From a virus (Duplodnaviria > Caudoviricetes), in IMG/VR virus record IMGVR_UViG_3300047554_000765, positions 1 to 54,214 of that record: a stretch of DNA of 54,214 nucleotides. One strand, written 5' to 3'. The notes under the pieces were generated by a model that was not told the origin of the DNA, made no database searches, and worked only from the letters and a program-made list of their open reading frames with translations. Below are positions 40,029-49,660 of this stretch, one piece after another. The translations under genes and the position numbers were made by a program. Numbering within the stretch: the first letter of the stretch is position 1; each line of letters starts with the position of its first letter.

Positions 40029-40390
40029 TACCTAGTCACCTCCGACCTAACTACAAAATTGCCTTGTATTAATTTGTAAATATATACATCGCTAGTTGGC
40101 GCTATTAGCTCTAGGTCATATACATATTTGTCTTCTGGAATTGCAGCCATGATTTCATCCGAAACCAGAAGGGTTATTTGGCCGTTAGTTCTGTGTAGAG
40201 AGATTCTGCCGTTTTCGGTAGTTAGCTCTAAAACTACAGTTGAACTATCAGTTGCTTTTCTGACTTGCATTCTGGCTTTGTAGCCCTCCATAAGAATTGG
40301 CTTTTTAGCTGGATCACGCCACACGATAGTGCGGGAAAACGTAGAGCCTTGGTTGGCTACTATGTTATAAAGACCAGCAGGGGTGCTCAT
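40028..40390 (-). CDS. Fibre adaptor/baseplate-upper-like protein (paralog of 25684-26046)
   Basis: QGST, GYKARMQVR, LELT, YVYDLEL, QGNF.VRSEVTR. Confidence 0.7.
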   Translation of the reverse strand: MSTPAGLYNIVANQGSTFSRTIVWRDPAKKPILMEGYKARMQVRKATDSSTVVLELTTENGRISLHRTNGQITLLVSDEIMAAIPEDKYVYDLELIAPTSDVYIYKLIQGNFVVRSEVTR

Positions 40391-40422
40391 GGCGGGCTTT
40401 CGGCTAAATACAAGACACTATT

Positions 40423-40451
40423 ATTGTACCTCATTTATTTTGTGGTAAGAT
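40423..40451. promoter_or_regulatory. Divergent promoters (structural operon leftward, nrd-containing region rightward)
   Basis: Minus-strand GGTACAAT (40423-40430); plus-strand extended -10 TGGTAAGAT (40443-40451). Confidence 0.55.
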
Positions 40452-40461
40452 GTTGAAATTC

Positions 40462-40508
40462 TGCGTACATTTAGTGTTTTTTCTATAGAAGACCACTACA
40501 TCTTGTGT
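40462..40508. promoter_or_regulatory. Tandem NrdR-box-like operators
   Basis: TGCGTACATTTAGTGT (40462-77) and CCACTACATCTTGTGT (40493-508), 31 bp apart, matching the acaCwAtATaTwGtgt consensus; upstream of nrdHIEF. Confidence 0.65.
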
Positions 40509-40544
40509 TTTTGAGGGTTTTTAAAATCAAACTATAATTATGAA

Positions 40545-41471
40545 ATGAAGCAAATTGGGTTTGAAGATTTTGGGGGAGAGACTTGGCGCATCCTAAGACT
40601 TGCTGATCCCGCTGATCATCGCTGGTCTGCCTTCAATCCTTCTATTGCTTACTCTCCAGAGGAGGGTTACAAGGTTCTTTTCCGGTCTAGTAATTATTTT
40701 TTAGATCCTACGACTACTGATGCCAAAATGACCGACGGCCCTACTGTAAAAAGCAATATGTGGCTCGGTACTTTAGGCGCTGATTGGCAAATAAGCTCCT
40801 TGGAAAAAATTGATTTTTCAGACGCTGGGCTTATATTTACTCGAGGTGCCGAAGATGGGCGCTTGTACTGGGTGGATGGGGCTTGGGAAATTACCGCGGG
40901 GCTTAAGGAGCCCTCTGTGCCTCTGCCCAGGATCGCTAGATTCCGTCTCGAAGGGCTAAAAGCCAAGCTTGTGAAAATATATGAAGATGGCCCTCTTTAT
41001 GATGTAGAAAAGAACTGGATGGCTCCAGTGACCAAATCTGACAAGTTTGACTACATTTATAATCCAATTGCCGTCTACAAAGATGGCGTTGGCCCAGTAA
41101 AAGTTCGAGAAGCTTCGGAATCGGTTAGACACGTAAGGGGTGGAAGTCAGCTCTGGCCCATTGAAGGGGGCTACTTGGCAATAATTCATGAAGCCGTCGT
41201 CAAACTGGTGTATATGTATATACCTCGCTACTTTGGATATAAAAATGTTAAAGTTCGTCACTATTTACATAGATTTGCAAAGTACGATCTAAACGGTAAG
41301 CTATGTGCCTTGTCTGATACATTTAAATTGTCCGACGCACGTATTGAGTTTGCAGCTGGACTGGTTGTAGACAAAGATGATGTGATTGTTTCGTATGGCT
41401 ATAAAGATGTTGCTTCATACTTAGGCAAAATTAAACTAAGCAAAGTTCTAGCTATGTTAAAGAAGGTTTGA
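40545..41471 (+). CDS. Beta-propeller glycoside hydrolase/phosphorylase-like protein (GH130-like)
   Basis: FNPSI, EDGRL, EKNW, RGGS, IEFAAGL, VSYG..D; TATAAT (40533-38) 6 nt before the ATG. Confidence 0.6.
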   Translation: MKQIGFEDFGGETWRILRLADPADHRWSAFNPSIAYSPEEGYKVLFRSSNYFLDPTTTDAKMTDGPTVKSNMWLGTLGADWQISSLEKIDFSDAGLIFTRGAEDGRLYWVDGAWEITAGLKEPSVPLPRIARFRLEGLKAKLVKIYEDGPLYDVEKNWMAPVTKSDKFDYIYNPIAVYKDGVGPVKVREASESVRHVRGGSQLWPIEGGYLAIIHEAVVKLVYMYIPRYFGYKNVKVRHYLHRFAKYDLNGKLCALSDTFKLSDARIEFAAGLVVDKDDVIVSYGYKDVASYLGKIKLSKVLAMLKKV

Positions 41472-41473
41472 CT

Positions 41474-41707
41474 GTGAGCACTGAAACATTAGAGTCCACT
41501 GACGTAACCGTAGAGTTTGATGAAGACGGGAATGAGAAGCTAGCGCATTACGCTGAATCTGTTTCTGTTACCGAGGGTTATGTATTAGGAACTCCAATTC
41601 AAGCCATCTGTGGAAAAATTTTTGTACCTTCTCGCGACCCGGAAAAACTTCGCAAGTGCCCGATTTGCGTTGAAATCATGGACGCGTTATTCTATTCAGC
41701 GGACTAA
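41474..41707 (+). CDS. DUF3039-family protein
   Basis: AHY, V.GTP..AICGK.FVPSRDP....CP.C. Confidence 0.8.
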   Translation: MSTETLESTDVTVEFDEDGNEKLAHYAESVSVTEGYVLGTPIQAICGKIFVPSRDPEKLRKCPICVEIMDALFYSAD

Positions 41708-41829
41708 AATCAGTCCGAAGAAATTGTCTTATACTGGTATTCCAGCTCCTGACGAAACCCCGGTTCTCGGGTCTAACTCAAGTTTAGACGTCAGGATTTG
41801 GCTTATCTATCACCCTTGGAAGGTTCAAA

Positions 41830-42051
41830 ATGGTAACTGTCTACACTCTCCCGTCATGCGTTCAGTGTGAAAGCACCAAGAAATTCTTAGCAAAGAATGA
41901 CGTGCCGTTTGAGACTGTAGACCTTAGCCAAGATGAATCAGCTATGGCTCGTGTTCGTGCGCTTGGATACCAAGCAGCTCCAGTTGTTATTGCTGGTGAA
42001 GAACACTGGAGTGGGTTTCGACCTGATAAGCTAAACGCCCTTACCGTATAG
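41830..42051 (+). CDS. nrdH: Glutaredoxin-like NrdH
   Basis: CVQC, APVV, WSGFRPD. Confidence 0.95.
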   Translation: MVTVYTLPSCVQCESTKKFLAKNDVPFETVDLSQDESAMARVRALGYQAAPVVIAGEEHWSGFRPDKLNALTV

Positions 42052-42062
42052 AAGGGGCAGAT

Positions 42063-42482
42063 GTGTTTGACATCGTTTATTTTTCGAACGTGTCCGAAAA
42101 CACCAAGCGATTTGTAGAGAAACTAGGTTTTTCTAACACAAGAATCCCGATCAAGTGGGATGACAAGTCCCCCTTGGTTGTTGAAAAAGACTTTGTCTTA
42201 GTGGTCCCGTCTTATGGTGGGGGAGCTGAGGGTAGGACTGTACCTAAGTCAGTCGTAAAATTTTTGAACATTGAGCAAAATAGAAACTTGCTCCGCGGTA
42301 TCGTTGGTACGGGTAACACTAACTTTGGTGTCCACTACTGCAAAGCTGCGGAAATCGTTGCAGTAAAAACTGGTGCGCCATTACTGTATCGAGTAGAAAT
42401 AACTGGCACACCAGACGATGTTATTCAAGTAAAAGAGAGGCTGAGCCAGCTGTGGACAACAAATATAGCTACCACGAACTAA
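42063..42482 (+). CDS. nrdI: Flavodoxin NrdI
   Basis: [25 protein letters not shown]. Confidence 0.95.
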   Translation: MFDIVYFSNVSENTKRFVEKLGFSNTRIPIKWDDKSPLVVEKDFVLVVPSYGGGAEGRTVPKSVVKFLNIEQNRNLLRGIVGTGNTNFGVHYCKAAEIVAVKTGAPLLYRVEITGTPDDVIQVKERLSQLWTTNIATTN

Positions 42483-44569
42483 ATGCAATGATCAATCTGT
42501 GGGATGCTGATGGTAAATTACAGCTCCACAAAGACAAAGAAGCTGCTCGCGCCTACTTCCTAGATCACGTAAACCAGAACACTGTCTTCTTCCACAGCTT
42601 AGAGGAAAAGCTCGGCTACTTGGTTGACAACGACTATTACGAGAAGGAAGTGCTAGATCAGTATGACCCAGAGTACGTGAAGGATGTCTTTAAGTATGCA
42701 TACTCTTTCAAGTATCGCTTTGAAGCTTTCATGGGTGCTTACAAGTTCTTCAGCTCGTATGCCCTCAAGACTTTTGATGGTGAGCGGTACCTAGAGCGTT
42801 TCGAAGACCGAGTTGTAATGAACGCACTTACTCTTGCTCGAGGGGACCGTGAAATGGCAATGAAGCTCGTAGAAGAGATCATTACCGGTCGTTTCCAGCC
42901 AGCAACTCCAACTTTCTTGAACGCTGGTAAGAAGCAGCGCGGAGAGTTCGTATCCTGTTTCCTGCTTCGCATCGAAGACAACATGGAGTCGATTGCCCGC
43001 GGTATCAACTCAGCCCTGCAGCTTTCAAAGCGCGGTGGCGGTGTCGCACTAAACCTCAGCAACTTGCGCGAGGCTGGAGCTCCTATTAAAAAGATCGAGG
43101 GTCAGTCTTCAGGCGTAATTCCTGTAATGAAGCTTCTCGAAGACTCGTTCAGCTACGCCAATCAGCTTGGTGCTCGCCAAGGTGCAGGTGCGGTTTACCT
43201 AAACGCCCACCACCCAGACATTCTAAAGTTTCTTGACACCAAGCGCGAGAACGCTGACGAGAAGATTCGCATCAAGACCCTTTCTATTGGTGTTGTTATT
43301 CCAGACGTAACGCTCGAGCTTGCTAAAAGTGGTGACGACATGTATCTGTTCTCTCCATACGATGTTGAGAAGGTTTACGGCGTTCCATTCGGCGACATCT
43401 CGGTTACTGAGAAGTATCAAGAGATGGTTGACGATGCGCGCATCAAGAAGACCAAGATCAAGGCTCGTGTTTTGTTCGAGCGCATTGCAGAGCTTCAGTT
43501 TGAGTCGGGCTATCCGTACATCATGTACGAGGATACCGTAAACAACTCCAACCCTGTAGCTGGTCGCATCAACATGTCGAACCTCTGCTCTGAGATTCTT
43601 CAGGTAAACACCCCGTCTACTTATAAAGCAGATCTTGGCTATAACATCATTGGTAGCGATATTAGCTGTAACCTAGGCTCGCTGAACATTGCCAAAGTAA
43701 TGGACGGCGGTAAGTTTGCTCAGACCATCGAAACTTCGATTCGCGCTCTTACTGCAGTTTCTGATCTAAGCTACATCGACTCAGTGCCTTCTATTGCCGA
43801 GGGTAACAAGCGTGCCCACGCAATTGGTCTGGGACAGATGAACCTGCACGGTTATCTTGGACGCGAGAAGATCCACTACGGTTCAGAAGAAGGTTTGGAT
43901 TTCACAAACATCTACTTCTACACCGTTTTGTTCCACGCGTTGAAGGCATCTAACAAGATTGCCAAGGAGCGTAACGAAGTCTTCCACGGGTTCTATGAGT
44001 CAAAATACTCTAGCGGTGAGTTCTTTGAGAAGTATCTGACTCAGGAGTGGAAGCCTGCTACCGACAAGGTCGCAAAGATTTTTGCAGATGCTGGTATCGA
44101 GATCCCCACTCAGGATGACTGGAAGAAGTTGAAGAAGTCTGTACAGACTTATGGTATCTACAACCAGAACCTTCAGGCTGTGCCACCAACCGGTTCAATT
44201 TCGTACATCAACAACTCAACCAGCTCGATTCACCCGATTGCGTCAAAGATCGAAACTCGCAAGGAAGGAAAGCTTGGTCGCGTTTACTACCCAGCTCCGT
44301 TCTTGGCTGATGATAACCTCGAGTACTTTGACGATGCTTATGAAATCGGCCCGGAGAAGATCATTGACACCTACGCCGCTGCAACCCAGCACGTTGACCA
44401 GGGTCTATCGCTAACCCTGTTCTTCAAAGACACAGCAACCACCCGCGATGTTAACCGTGCACAGATTTACGCATGGAAAAAGGGCATCAAGACCATTTAC
44501 TACATCCGTATTCGTCAGCTTGCGCTAGACGGAACTGATGTGGAACAATGTGTTAGCTGCATGCTATAA
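42452..44569 (+). CDS. nrdE: Class Ib ribonucleotide reductase alpha subunit
   Basis: [30 protein letters not shown], terminal CVSC. Confidence 0.97.
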   Translation: MDNKYSYHELNAMINLWDADGKLQLHKDKEAARAYFLDHVNQNTVFFHSLEEKLGYLVDNDYYEKEVLDQYDPEYVKDVFKYAYSFKYRFEAFMGAYKFFSSYALKTFDGERYLERFEDRVVMNALTLARGDREMAMKLVEEIITGRFQPATPTFLNAGKKQRGEFVSCFLLRIEDNMESIARGINSALQLSKRGGGVALNLSNLREAGAPIKKIEGQSSGVIPVMKLLEDSFSYANQLGARQGAGAVYLNAHHPDILKFLDTKRENADEKIRIKTLSIGVVIPDVTLELAKSGDDMYLFSPYDVEKVYGVPFGDISVTEKYQEMVDDARIKKTKIKARVLFERIAELQFESGYPYIMYEDTVNNSNPVAGRINMSNLCSEILQVNTPSTYKADLGYNIIGSDISCNLGSLNIAKVMDGGKFAQTIETSIRALTAVSDLSYIDSVPSIAEGNKRAHAIGLGQMNLHGYLGREKIHYGSEEGLDFTNIYFYTVLFHALKASNKIAKERNEVFHGFYESKYSSGEFFEKYLTQEWKPATDKVAKIFADAGIEIPTQDDWKKLKKSVQTYGIYNQNLQAVPPTGSISYINNSTSSIHPIASKIETRKEGKLGRVYYPAPFLADDNLEYFDDAYEIGPEKIIDTYAAATQHVDQGLSLTLFFKDTATTRDVNRAQIYAWKKGIKTIYYIRIRQLALDGTDVEQCVSCML

Positions 44570-45532
<963 letters not shown>

Positions 45533-45541
45533 GGAGGAGTT

Positions 45542-45592
45542 ATGGACGACTGCAAATGCGGCGGATCTTGCCCTTGCGGTAAAGACAACTAA
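45542..45592 (+). CDS. Unannotated 16-aa Cys-rich peptide MDDCKCGGSCPCGKDN
   Basis: Strong RBS AAGGAGGAG (45531-39); ORF fills the gap between the nrdF stop and the terminator. Confidence 0.6.
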   Translation: MDDCKCGGSCPCGKDN

Positions 45593-45596
45593 AGAA

Positions 45597-45624
45597 GACC
45601 ACCCTTCGGGGTGGTTTTTCTTTT
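45597..45624 (+). terminator. Rho-independent terminator of the nrd operon
   Basis: GACCACCC-TTCG-GGGTGGTT then TTTCTTTT. Confidence 0.9.
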
Positions 45625-45637
45625 GTAAGATATAACT

Positions 45638-45823
45638 ATGCCAACATATGAATACAAGTGCTCTGAAAATAGCGAACACACGTACAAAGAAATTCGCGGA
45701 ATGAGCGAAGAAGCTACTCGCTCGACTTGCGTTAAACCAGACTGTCCAGGTAGACTGATACGTGTATTTGGAACACCTCCGATCACTTTTAAAGGGACCG
45801 GATTCAGCGCAAAACGAGGGTAA
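45638..45823 (+). CDS. FmdB-family zinc-ribbon protein
   Basis: MPTYEYKC...H, C..PDC, FKGTGF; TAAGAT 6 nt before the ATG. Confidence 0.8.
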   Translation: MPTYEYKCSENSEHTYKEIRGMSEEATRSTCVKPDCPGRLIRVFGTPPITFKGTGFSAKRG

Positions 45824-45829
45824 CTACAT

Positions 45830-46153
45830 ATGTTCTTAGGATCCATTCTTCCAGCAGACTATCCTGATTTTGAGGAGTTTGGAACAGCCCCCTGTGCTGA
45901 GAGTGATCCTGATGCATTTTTTCCAGAAGAACGCCCCGACGGAAATCTGATGCCTAACAGGTCGGCATATCCGATGGAGCGTGAGGCTAAAATGACCTGC
46001 CGTGACTGCCCCTATAAGCTTCGATGTTTAGAATATGCTCTCAAAAATGAGGATACCCAGGGGATTTGGGGTGGGTTTACCGAACAGGAGCGTCGCAAGT
46101 TGCGCCGAGGAATGCCTGTTCGTATGAGGATTCCTGAGGCCAAGCACATCTAA
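45830..46153 (+). CDS. WhiB-family regulator
   Basis: CAESDPDAFFP, AKMTCRDCPYKLRCLEYAL, GIWGGFTEQER. Confidence 0.9.
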   Translation: MFLGSILPADYPDFEEFGTAPCAESDPDAFFPEERPDGNLMPNRSAYPMEREAKMTCRDCPYKLRCLEYALKNEDTQGIWGGFTEQERRKLRRGMPVRMRIPEAKHI

Positions 46154-46217
46154 ATAGGTGTGGTAAAATATAACTGCCGGGAGAGGGTGTCTAATCAACC
46201 TACTCTTGGGAGAAAAT

Positions 46218-46478
46218 ATGGAAATCGCAAAAAAGATCTTCAAGCGCACTATTGCTCTTGTGATCCTAAAGGTTAGCGGTGTTTTGGCCGCTGGATCTAT
46301 CGCTGGAGTTGAACTCTGGCAATCTGCTCTTGTAGCTGCGTTCGTTGGTGTAATGGAGGTAGCCGAGTCTCTAGCTCGTGCTTACGTTGTTGACGGTAGC
46401 CTTTCTGACGAAGAAATTGATGTTGCATTTGCAAGCTCGGCTGAGGCTGAAGTAGCTCGTAACAAAAAAGTAGACTAA
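46218..46478 (+). CDS. Small membrane protein (holin-like)
   Basis: Two hydrophobic segments; RBS GGGAG before ATG 46218. Confidence 0.6.
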   Translation: MEIAKKIFKRTIALVILKVSGVLAAGSIAGVELWQSALVAAFVGVMEVAESLARAYVVDGSLSDEEIDVAFASSAEAEVARNKKVD

Positions 46479-46493
46479 TCGTCCTTTAAAAAT

Positions 46494-46525
46494 AAATGCC
46501 TCCGCTTGCGGGGGCATTTGTTTTT
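46494..46525 (+). terminator. Rho-independent terminator
   Basis: AAATGCCTCCG-CTTG-CGGGGGCATTT then GTTTTT. Confidence 0.85.
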
Positions 46526-46557
46526 ATGTAGGATGTGACTATCAACGAAAGGAAATC

Positions 46558-46689
46558 ATGGCAAAAGGCAAGGGTGGCGGAGCTCCGGCTCCTCAGAAGA
46601 CAACTACTGACCGCAAGAACGGAAAGGCTTCAAAGAAGCGCCCAAAGGTCTGGGACCCGGAGAAGCGTCGTCTAGTTTCTGGTAAATAA
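46558..46689 (+). CDS. Unannotated 43-aa basic protein MAKGKGGGAPAPQKTTTDRKNGKASKKRPKVWDPEKRRLVSGK
   Basis: RBS GAAAGGA; own promoter TTGCGG(46506-11)-17 nt-TAGGAT(46529-34); ATG..TAA. Confidence 0.75.
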   Translation: MAKGKGGGAPAPQKTTTDRKNGKASKKRPKVWDPEKRRLVSGK

Positions 46690-46702
46690 GGTATAATAAT
46701 TA

Positions 46703-46876
46703 GGCGGTGCGGCTCCTACGTATGTAGGGTGTCCAAACTCGCTGAATGCAGAAGGTAGCTTATAACTATCCTCTAGCCGTCAATTCGTTATAAGTGGCTT
46801 GGCACACCCTGTTCCAGCGCTGGGCAGAAAAATCCCTAGCAATAGGGTCGGACGTCACCCTTGAGGTGGCGTCCTC
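46703..46876 (+). ncRNA. Candidate structured non-coding RNA of unknown class
   Basis: Follows TATAAT (46692-97); several complementary stems and a GCAA tetraloop; ends just before tRNA-Asn. Confidence 0.5.
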
Positions 46877-46878
46877 AT

Positions 46879-46950
46879 TGACCATTAGCTCAACGGCAGA
46901 GCAGAGAGCTGTTAACTCTAAGGTTCCTGGTTCGAATCCAGGATGGTCAG
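46879..46950 (+). tRNA. tRNA-Asn (GTT), CCA not encoded
   Basis: Acceptor TGACCAT/ATGGTCA, D arm GCTC/GAGC, anticodon loop CTGTTAA, T arm CCTGG-TTCGAAT-CCAGG, discriminator G. Confidence 0.95.
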
Positions 46951-46974
46951 CGCAACACATATAACTAAATACAA

Positions 46975-47296
46975 GGGCCTGACTGGTTTCGACAGTGAAA
47001 CTGAAGTCGGTGAAGCAAGCAGAGACGCTCGTAACTCTTAGATCGAGCAAAAAATATAAATGCTGAATCACGTTCAACATTCGCTCTAGCTGCTTAGCAA
47101 TAAGTAGTTAGAACCCCTAGCAAAGCACTAGTCTTAGGTGGGCAGCTAGGCTTCAAATAAATAGGACAACCAAGAGCGATCTACAGCAGCTCTTTAATCA
47201 AGCAGTGGACCCGCAGGACCGTGGCTGGTAGAGCCTAAGCTTGTAGAAGAACGATGGAACTTTTGCTGGACGCGGGTTCAATTCCCGCCAGGTCCA
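46975..47296 (+). ncRNA. ssrA: tmRNA, tag (A)AESRSTFALAA
   Basis: GGGCCTG/CAGGTCC acceptor with G3.U, GGTTTCGAC 5' motif, T arm GCGGG-TTCAATT-CCCGC, tag frame 47062-47097. Confidence 0.95.
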
Positions 47297-47911
47297 CTAG
47301 AGTAATTTTTCAATTTCAGAGCAGATCAACTCGTAAGCTTGCTCGGCGGTGAGGGGCTCGTGATCGTGCTCGTCAATTGTTATTACACCATTCTTGACGT
47401 TTTCGTAGTAGTAATCAAGAAGGGTAAAGTTAGGGAATCTCTTTACCAAATTTCCTTCTCTATCAACCAAGAACTTTTCAAAGTTGCCACCCATAGGAAA
47501 CTCTTTAGGGGTGAGGGCTTCATAGAGTGGGTGTGGGTCGCGCCAGTTGTCTCGCTTCTTGCGCCAATACTCATCTACTTGCGATGTAATCATCTCTGAG
47601 AAGTCGTAGGTTACGGCATAAGTCTCGATGGCGTACATTCTTGCATCATTGGCACAGGTAATACCGTCAACCCACTTGTCGTAGGTGATTCCAGGACCGC
47701 AGTAGTCGTTTGTAGGGATAGCTGCAATCTCAAATCCTCTGTCCTTGTACTTCTGGTAAATCTCTTCCAGAGGCTTTAGCTGAGGGGCATTTCCGCAATT
47801 GGCGGTTACGTTAACTATTAAAGTAACTTTGCCCTTGTACTTGGATAGAAAGTCTGCTTTATCGTCCCATGATTTAATGGGAATGTCGTAGATTGATTTA
47901 GTTGCTTCCAT
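47297..47911 (-). CDS. Glutathione-peroxidase-family (Cys-type) thiol peroxidase
   Basis: YKGKVTLIVNVTANCG, L..IY.KY..RGFEI.AIPTN, NFEKFLVDREG; probable start MEATK at 47911. Confidence 0.8.
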   Translation of the reverse strand: MEATKSIYDIPIKSWDDKADFLSKYKGKVTLIVNVTANCGNAPQLKPLEEIYQKYKDRGFEIAAIPTNDYCGPGITYDKWVDGITCANDARMYAIETYAVTYDFSEMITSQVDEYWRKKRDNWRDPHPLYEALTPKEFPMGGNFEKFLVDREGNLVKRFPNFTLLDYYYENVKNGVITIDEHDHEPLTAEQAYELICSEIEKLL

Positions 47912-47921
47912 GGTACCTCTA

Positions 47922-48521
47922 TTATATATTTTGTTGCTCTGGACGATTAAAGCTAGGGTCATTAGGTCGATATTGAAACCCTATGGCTGCTCTAGGCTGA
48001 TCGGCCCTAACTTGATGTATGACGCCTTCAGCAACAAAAATTACATCGCCAGGCTGTAGAACATACTCTGCTCGAGGATATCTATCTTCTAGCGAGTCAT
48101 ATATATGCCAAACAGCCTCGCCGATGCACTGCCAGTAGATTGTTTCTCTATTGTCGGTGTGGGCTCCGCCGGCCTTCTCTCTACCAATAAAATTGATAAA
48201 CGCGCTAACTGGAGATATTTCAGTATTCAAAGCTTCGTTGAAAATGTCATGCACTGCTTGACTCTCCGGGTAGTAGTGCTGGGTTGGGCCATCTACCATT
48301 AAATAAAACAGCCTACGTTGAATTACTCCATTTATGATGCGTTGCTCTAGTGGTTCCTGAGACGGACTAGGTTGAAAGTTGTGAATAGCGTCATCTAGGT
48401 GGGCAATGAATTGATCCCATGTTGGGGTGGCTGGAGCCAAGTTTTTAAATACATAGGCTTTTTCACCGTTTCTTACGGCTTCTATCTTTTCTATCACTCT
48501 AGAGATATTTACGTTATTCAT
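47922..48521 (-). CDS. JmjC/cupin-type oxygenase
   Basis: HTD, IYWQCIG...W, LQPGDVIFV.EG..HQV, R. Confidence 0.75.
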   Translation of the reverse strand: MNNVNISRVIEKIEAVRNGEKAYVFKNLAPATPTWDQFIAHLDDAIHNFQPSPSQEPLEQRIINGVIQRRLFYLMVDGPTQHYYPESQAVHDIFNEALNTEISPVSAFINFIGREKAGGAHTDNRETIYWQCIGEAVWHIYDSLEDRYPRAEYVLQPGDVIFVAEGVIHQVRADQPRAAIGFQYRPNDPSFNRPEQQNI

Positions 48522-48527
48522 ACTAAA

Positions 48528-48554
48528 ATTTTACTGTAGAACCTCTGATAGGAT
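48528..48554. promoter_or_regulatory. Back-to-back leaderless promoters
   Basis: Minus TAAAAT (48528-33) 6 nt before ATG 48521; plus TGATAGGAT (48546-54) 6 nt before ATG 48561. Confidence 0.65.
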
Positions 48555-48560
48555 TTAATA

Positions 48561-48989
48561 ATGGTTGACATTCAAATAGAAGTAGATAGCCCCGAATTAG
48601 TGCCTTTTTACGCCAATGTTGGTGATGCTGGTGCTGATCTCCGGGCATCGGATGCCTGTGTGGTATATCCGCGCGACCGAGTACTGGTTAAGACTGGTCT
48701 AAAAATAGCCCTCCCCGTTGGATATGTAGCCCTAGTGCACCCTCGCAGTGGGCTAGCTCTTAAGCACGGAATTACAGTATTAAATACCCCGGGGACGATT
48801 GACTCTGGGTATCGTGGTGAGGTGGGGGTTATTCTTTACAATGCTTCGGATCAGCCATTCTTGGTAAACAAAGGTGACCGTATTGCTCAGATGGTAATTC
48901 AAAAGTATGAGACCGCGGTTTTTTCTGTAGTTGATAGTTTAGATGAGACTGACCGTGGTAGCGGTGGCTTTGGGTCTACAGGGGTATAA
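48561..48989 (+). CDS. dut: Trimeric dUTPase
   Basis: AGADL, PRSGLA, GTIDSGYRGE, GDRIAQ, RGSGGFGSTG. Confidence 0.96.
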   Translation: MVDIQIEVDSPELVPFYANVGDAGADLRASDACVVYPRDRVLVKTGLKIALPVGYVALVHPRSGLALKHGITVLNTPGTIDSGYRGEVGVILYNASDQPFLVNKGDRIAQMVIQKYETAVFSVVDSLDETDRGSGGFGSTGV

Positions 48990-48991
48990 AT

Positions 48992-49651
48992 ATGGATCCA
49001 GTAGTAGTTGAAGATTTTATTGATCAATCTACTTGTGAAGTGGTTATGGATCTTCTAGACCCTCTTTTACAGGAGACTCCTAGATTTGGAATTAGGGGTG
49101 CCTTGGGTTATGAAACTTCAGTACAAGCTGCTTCGGTAGGAAACGGGACTAGAGCCCTAAGTAACTACAACAGGGAGGCTCAAGAAGAAGCCGTCTCTAA
49201 GCTGGAAGAAATCTATAAGAATGTTAAATCTGAGATGGAGCGTCATTTCGGGTTGGAACTAGACCTTGTAAATTGCACATACCAAGAACTGGTAGAGGGT
49301 GCTGAAAATCTTTTGCACTCAGATAGTACCAAGTTGGATGGGTCTCCTTGGAGGGATGACGGGATCCCCGAAGAGTTGGAGTACTCGGCTTTAGTTTATT
49401 TGAATAATTGGGGTGAAGACTTTACTGGAGGGGAGATAGAGTTTCCGCTTCAAAATGTGTTGATTCATCCTAGGCAGGGTCAACTTCTATATTTTAAAGG
49501 TGACGTAGAACACATCCATGAGGTTAAAAGAGTAGAAAGTGGTATTAGAAAAAATCTAGTTTTTTTCTACGCTCGTAAAGGAAACATTTCTGACTTAAGA
49601 TATTTCGAAGATAGCGGCGAAACGATAAAAAACAAAGAGGAATACCTCTAG
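48992..49651 (+). CDS. 2OG-Fe(II) oxygenase, prolyl-4-hydroxylase-like
   Basis: HSD, YLN....FTGGEIEF, HIHEV, R. Confidence 0.85.
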   Translation: MDPVVVEDFIDQSTCEVVMDLLDPLLQETPRFGIRGALGYETSVQAASVGNGTRALSNYNREAQEEAVSKLEEIYKNVKSEMERHFGLELDLVNCTYQELVEGAENLLHSDSTKLDGSPWRDDGIPEELEYSALVYLNNWGEDFTGGEIEFPLQNVLIHPRQGQLLYFKGDVEHIHEVKRVESGIRKNLVFFYARKGNISDLRYFEDSGETIKNKEEYL

Positions 49652-49660
49652 TATATAAAC

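Noticed and set aside
41749-41796. CTGACGA resembling a hammerhead ribozyme core
   Set aside because: No GAAA after the putative stem II, and the motif is paired in the closing stem
62-44569. Inteins or introns in polA, helicase, primase or nrdE
   Set aside because: ORFs are uninterrupted and of normal length; no splicing motifs noticed
46766-47080. 104-aa minus-strand ORF
   Set aside because: Antisense to tRNA-Asn and tmRNA
47297-47911. Selenocysteine glutathione peroxidase
   Set aside because: The active-site codon is TGC (Cys), with no in-frame TGA
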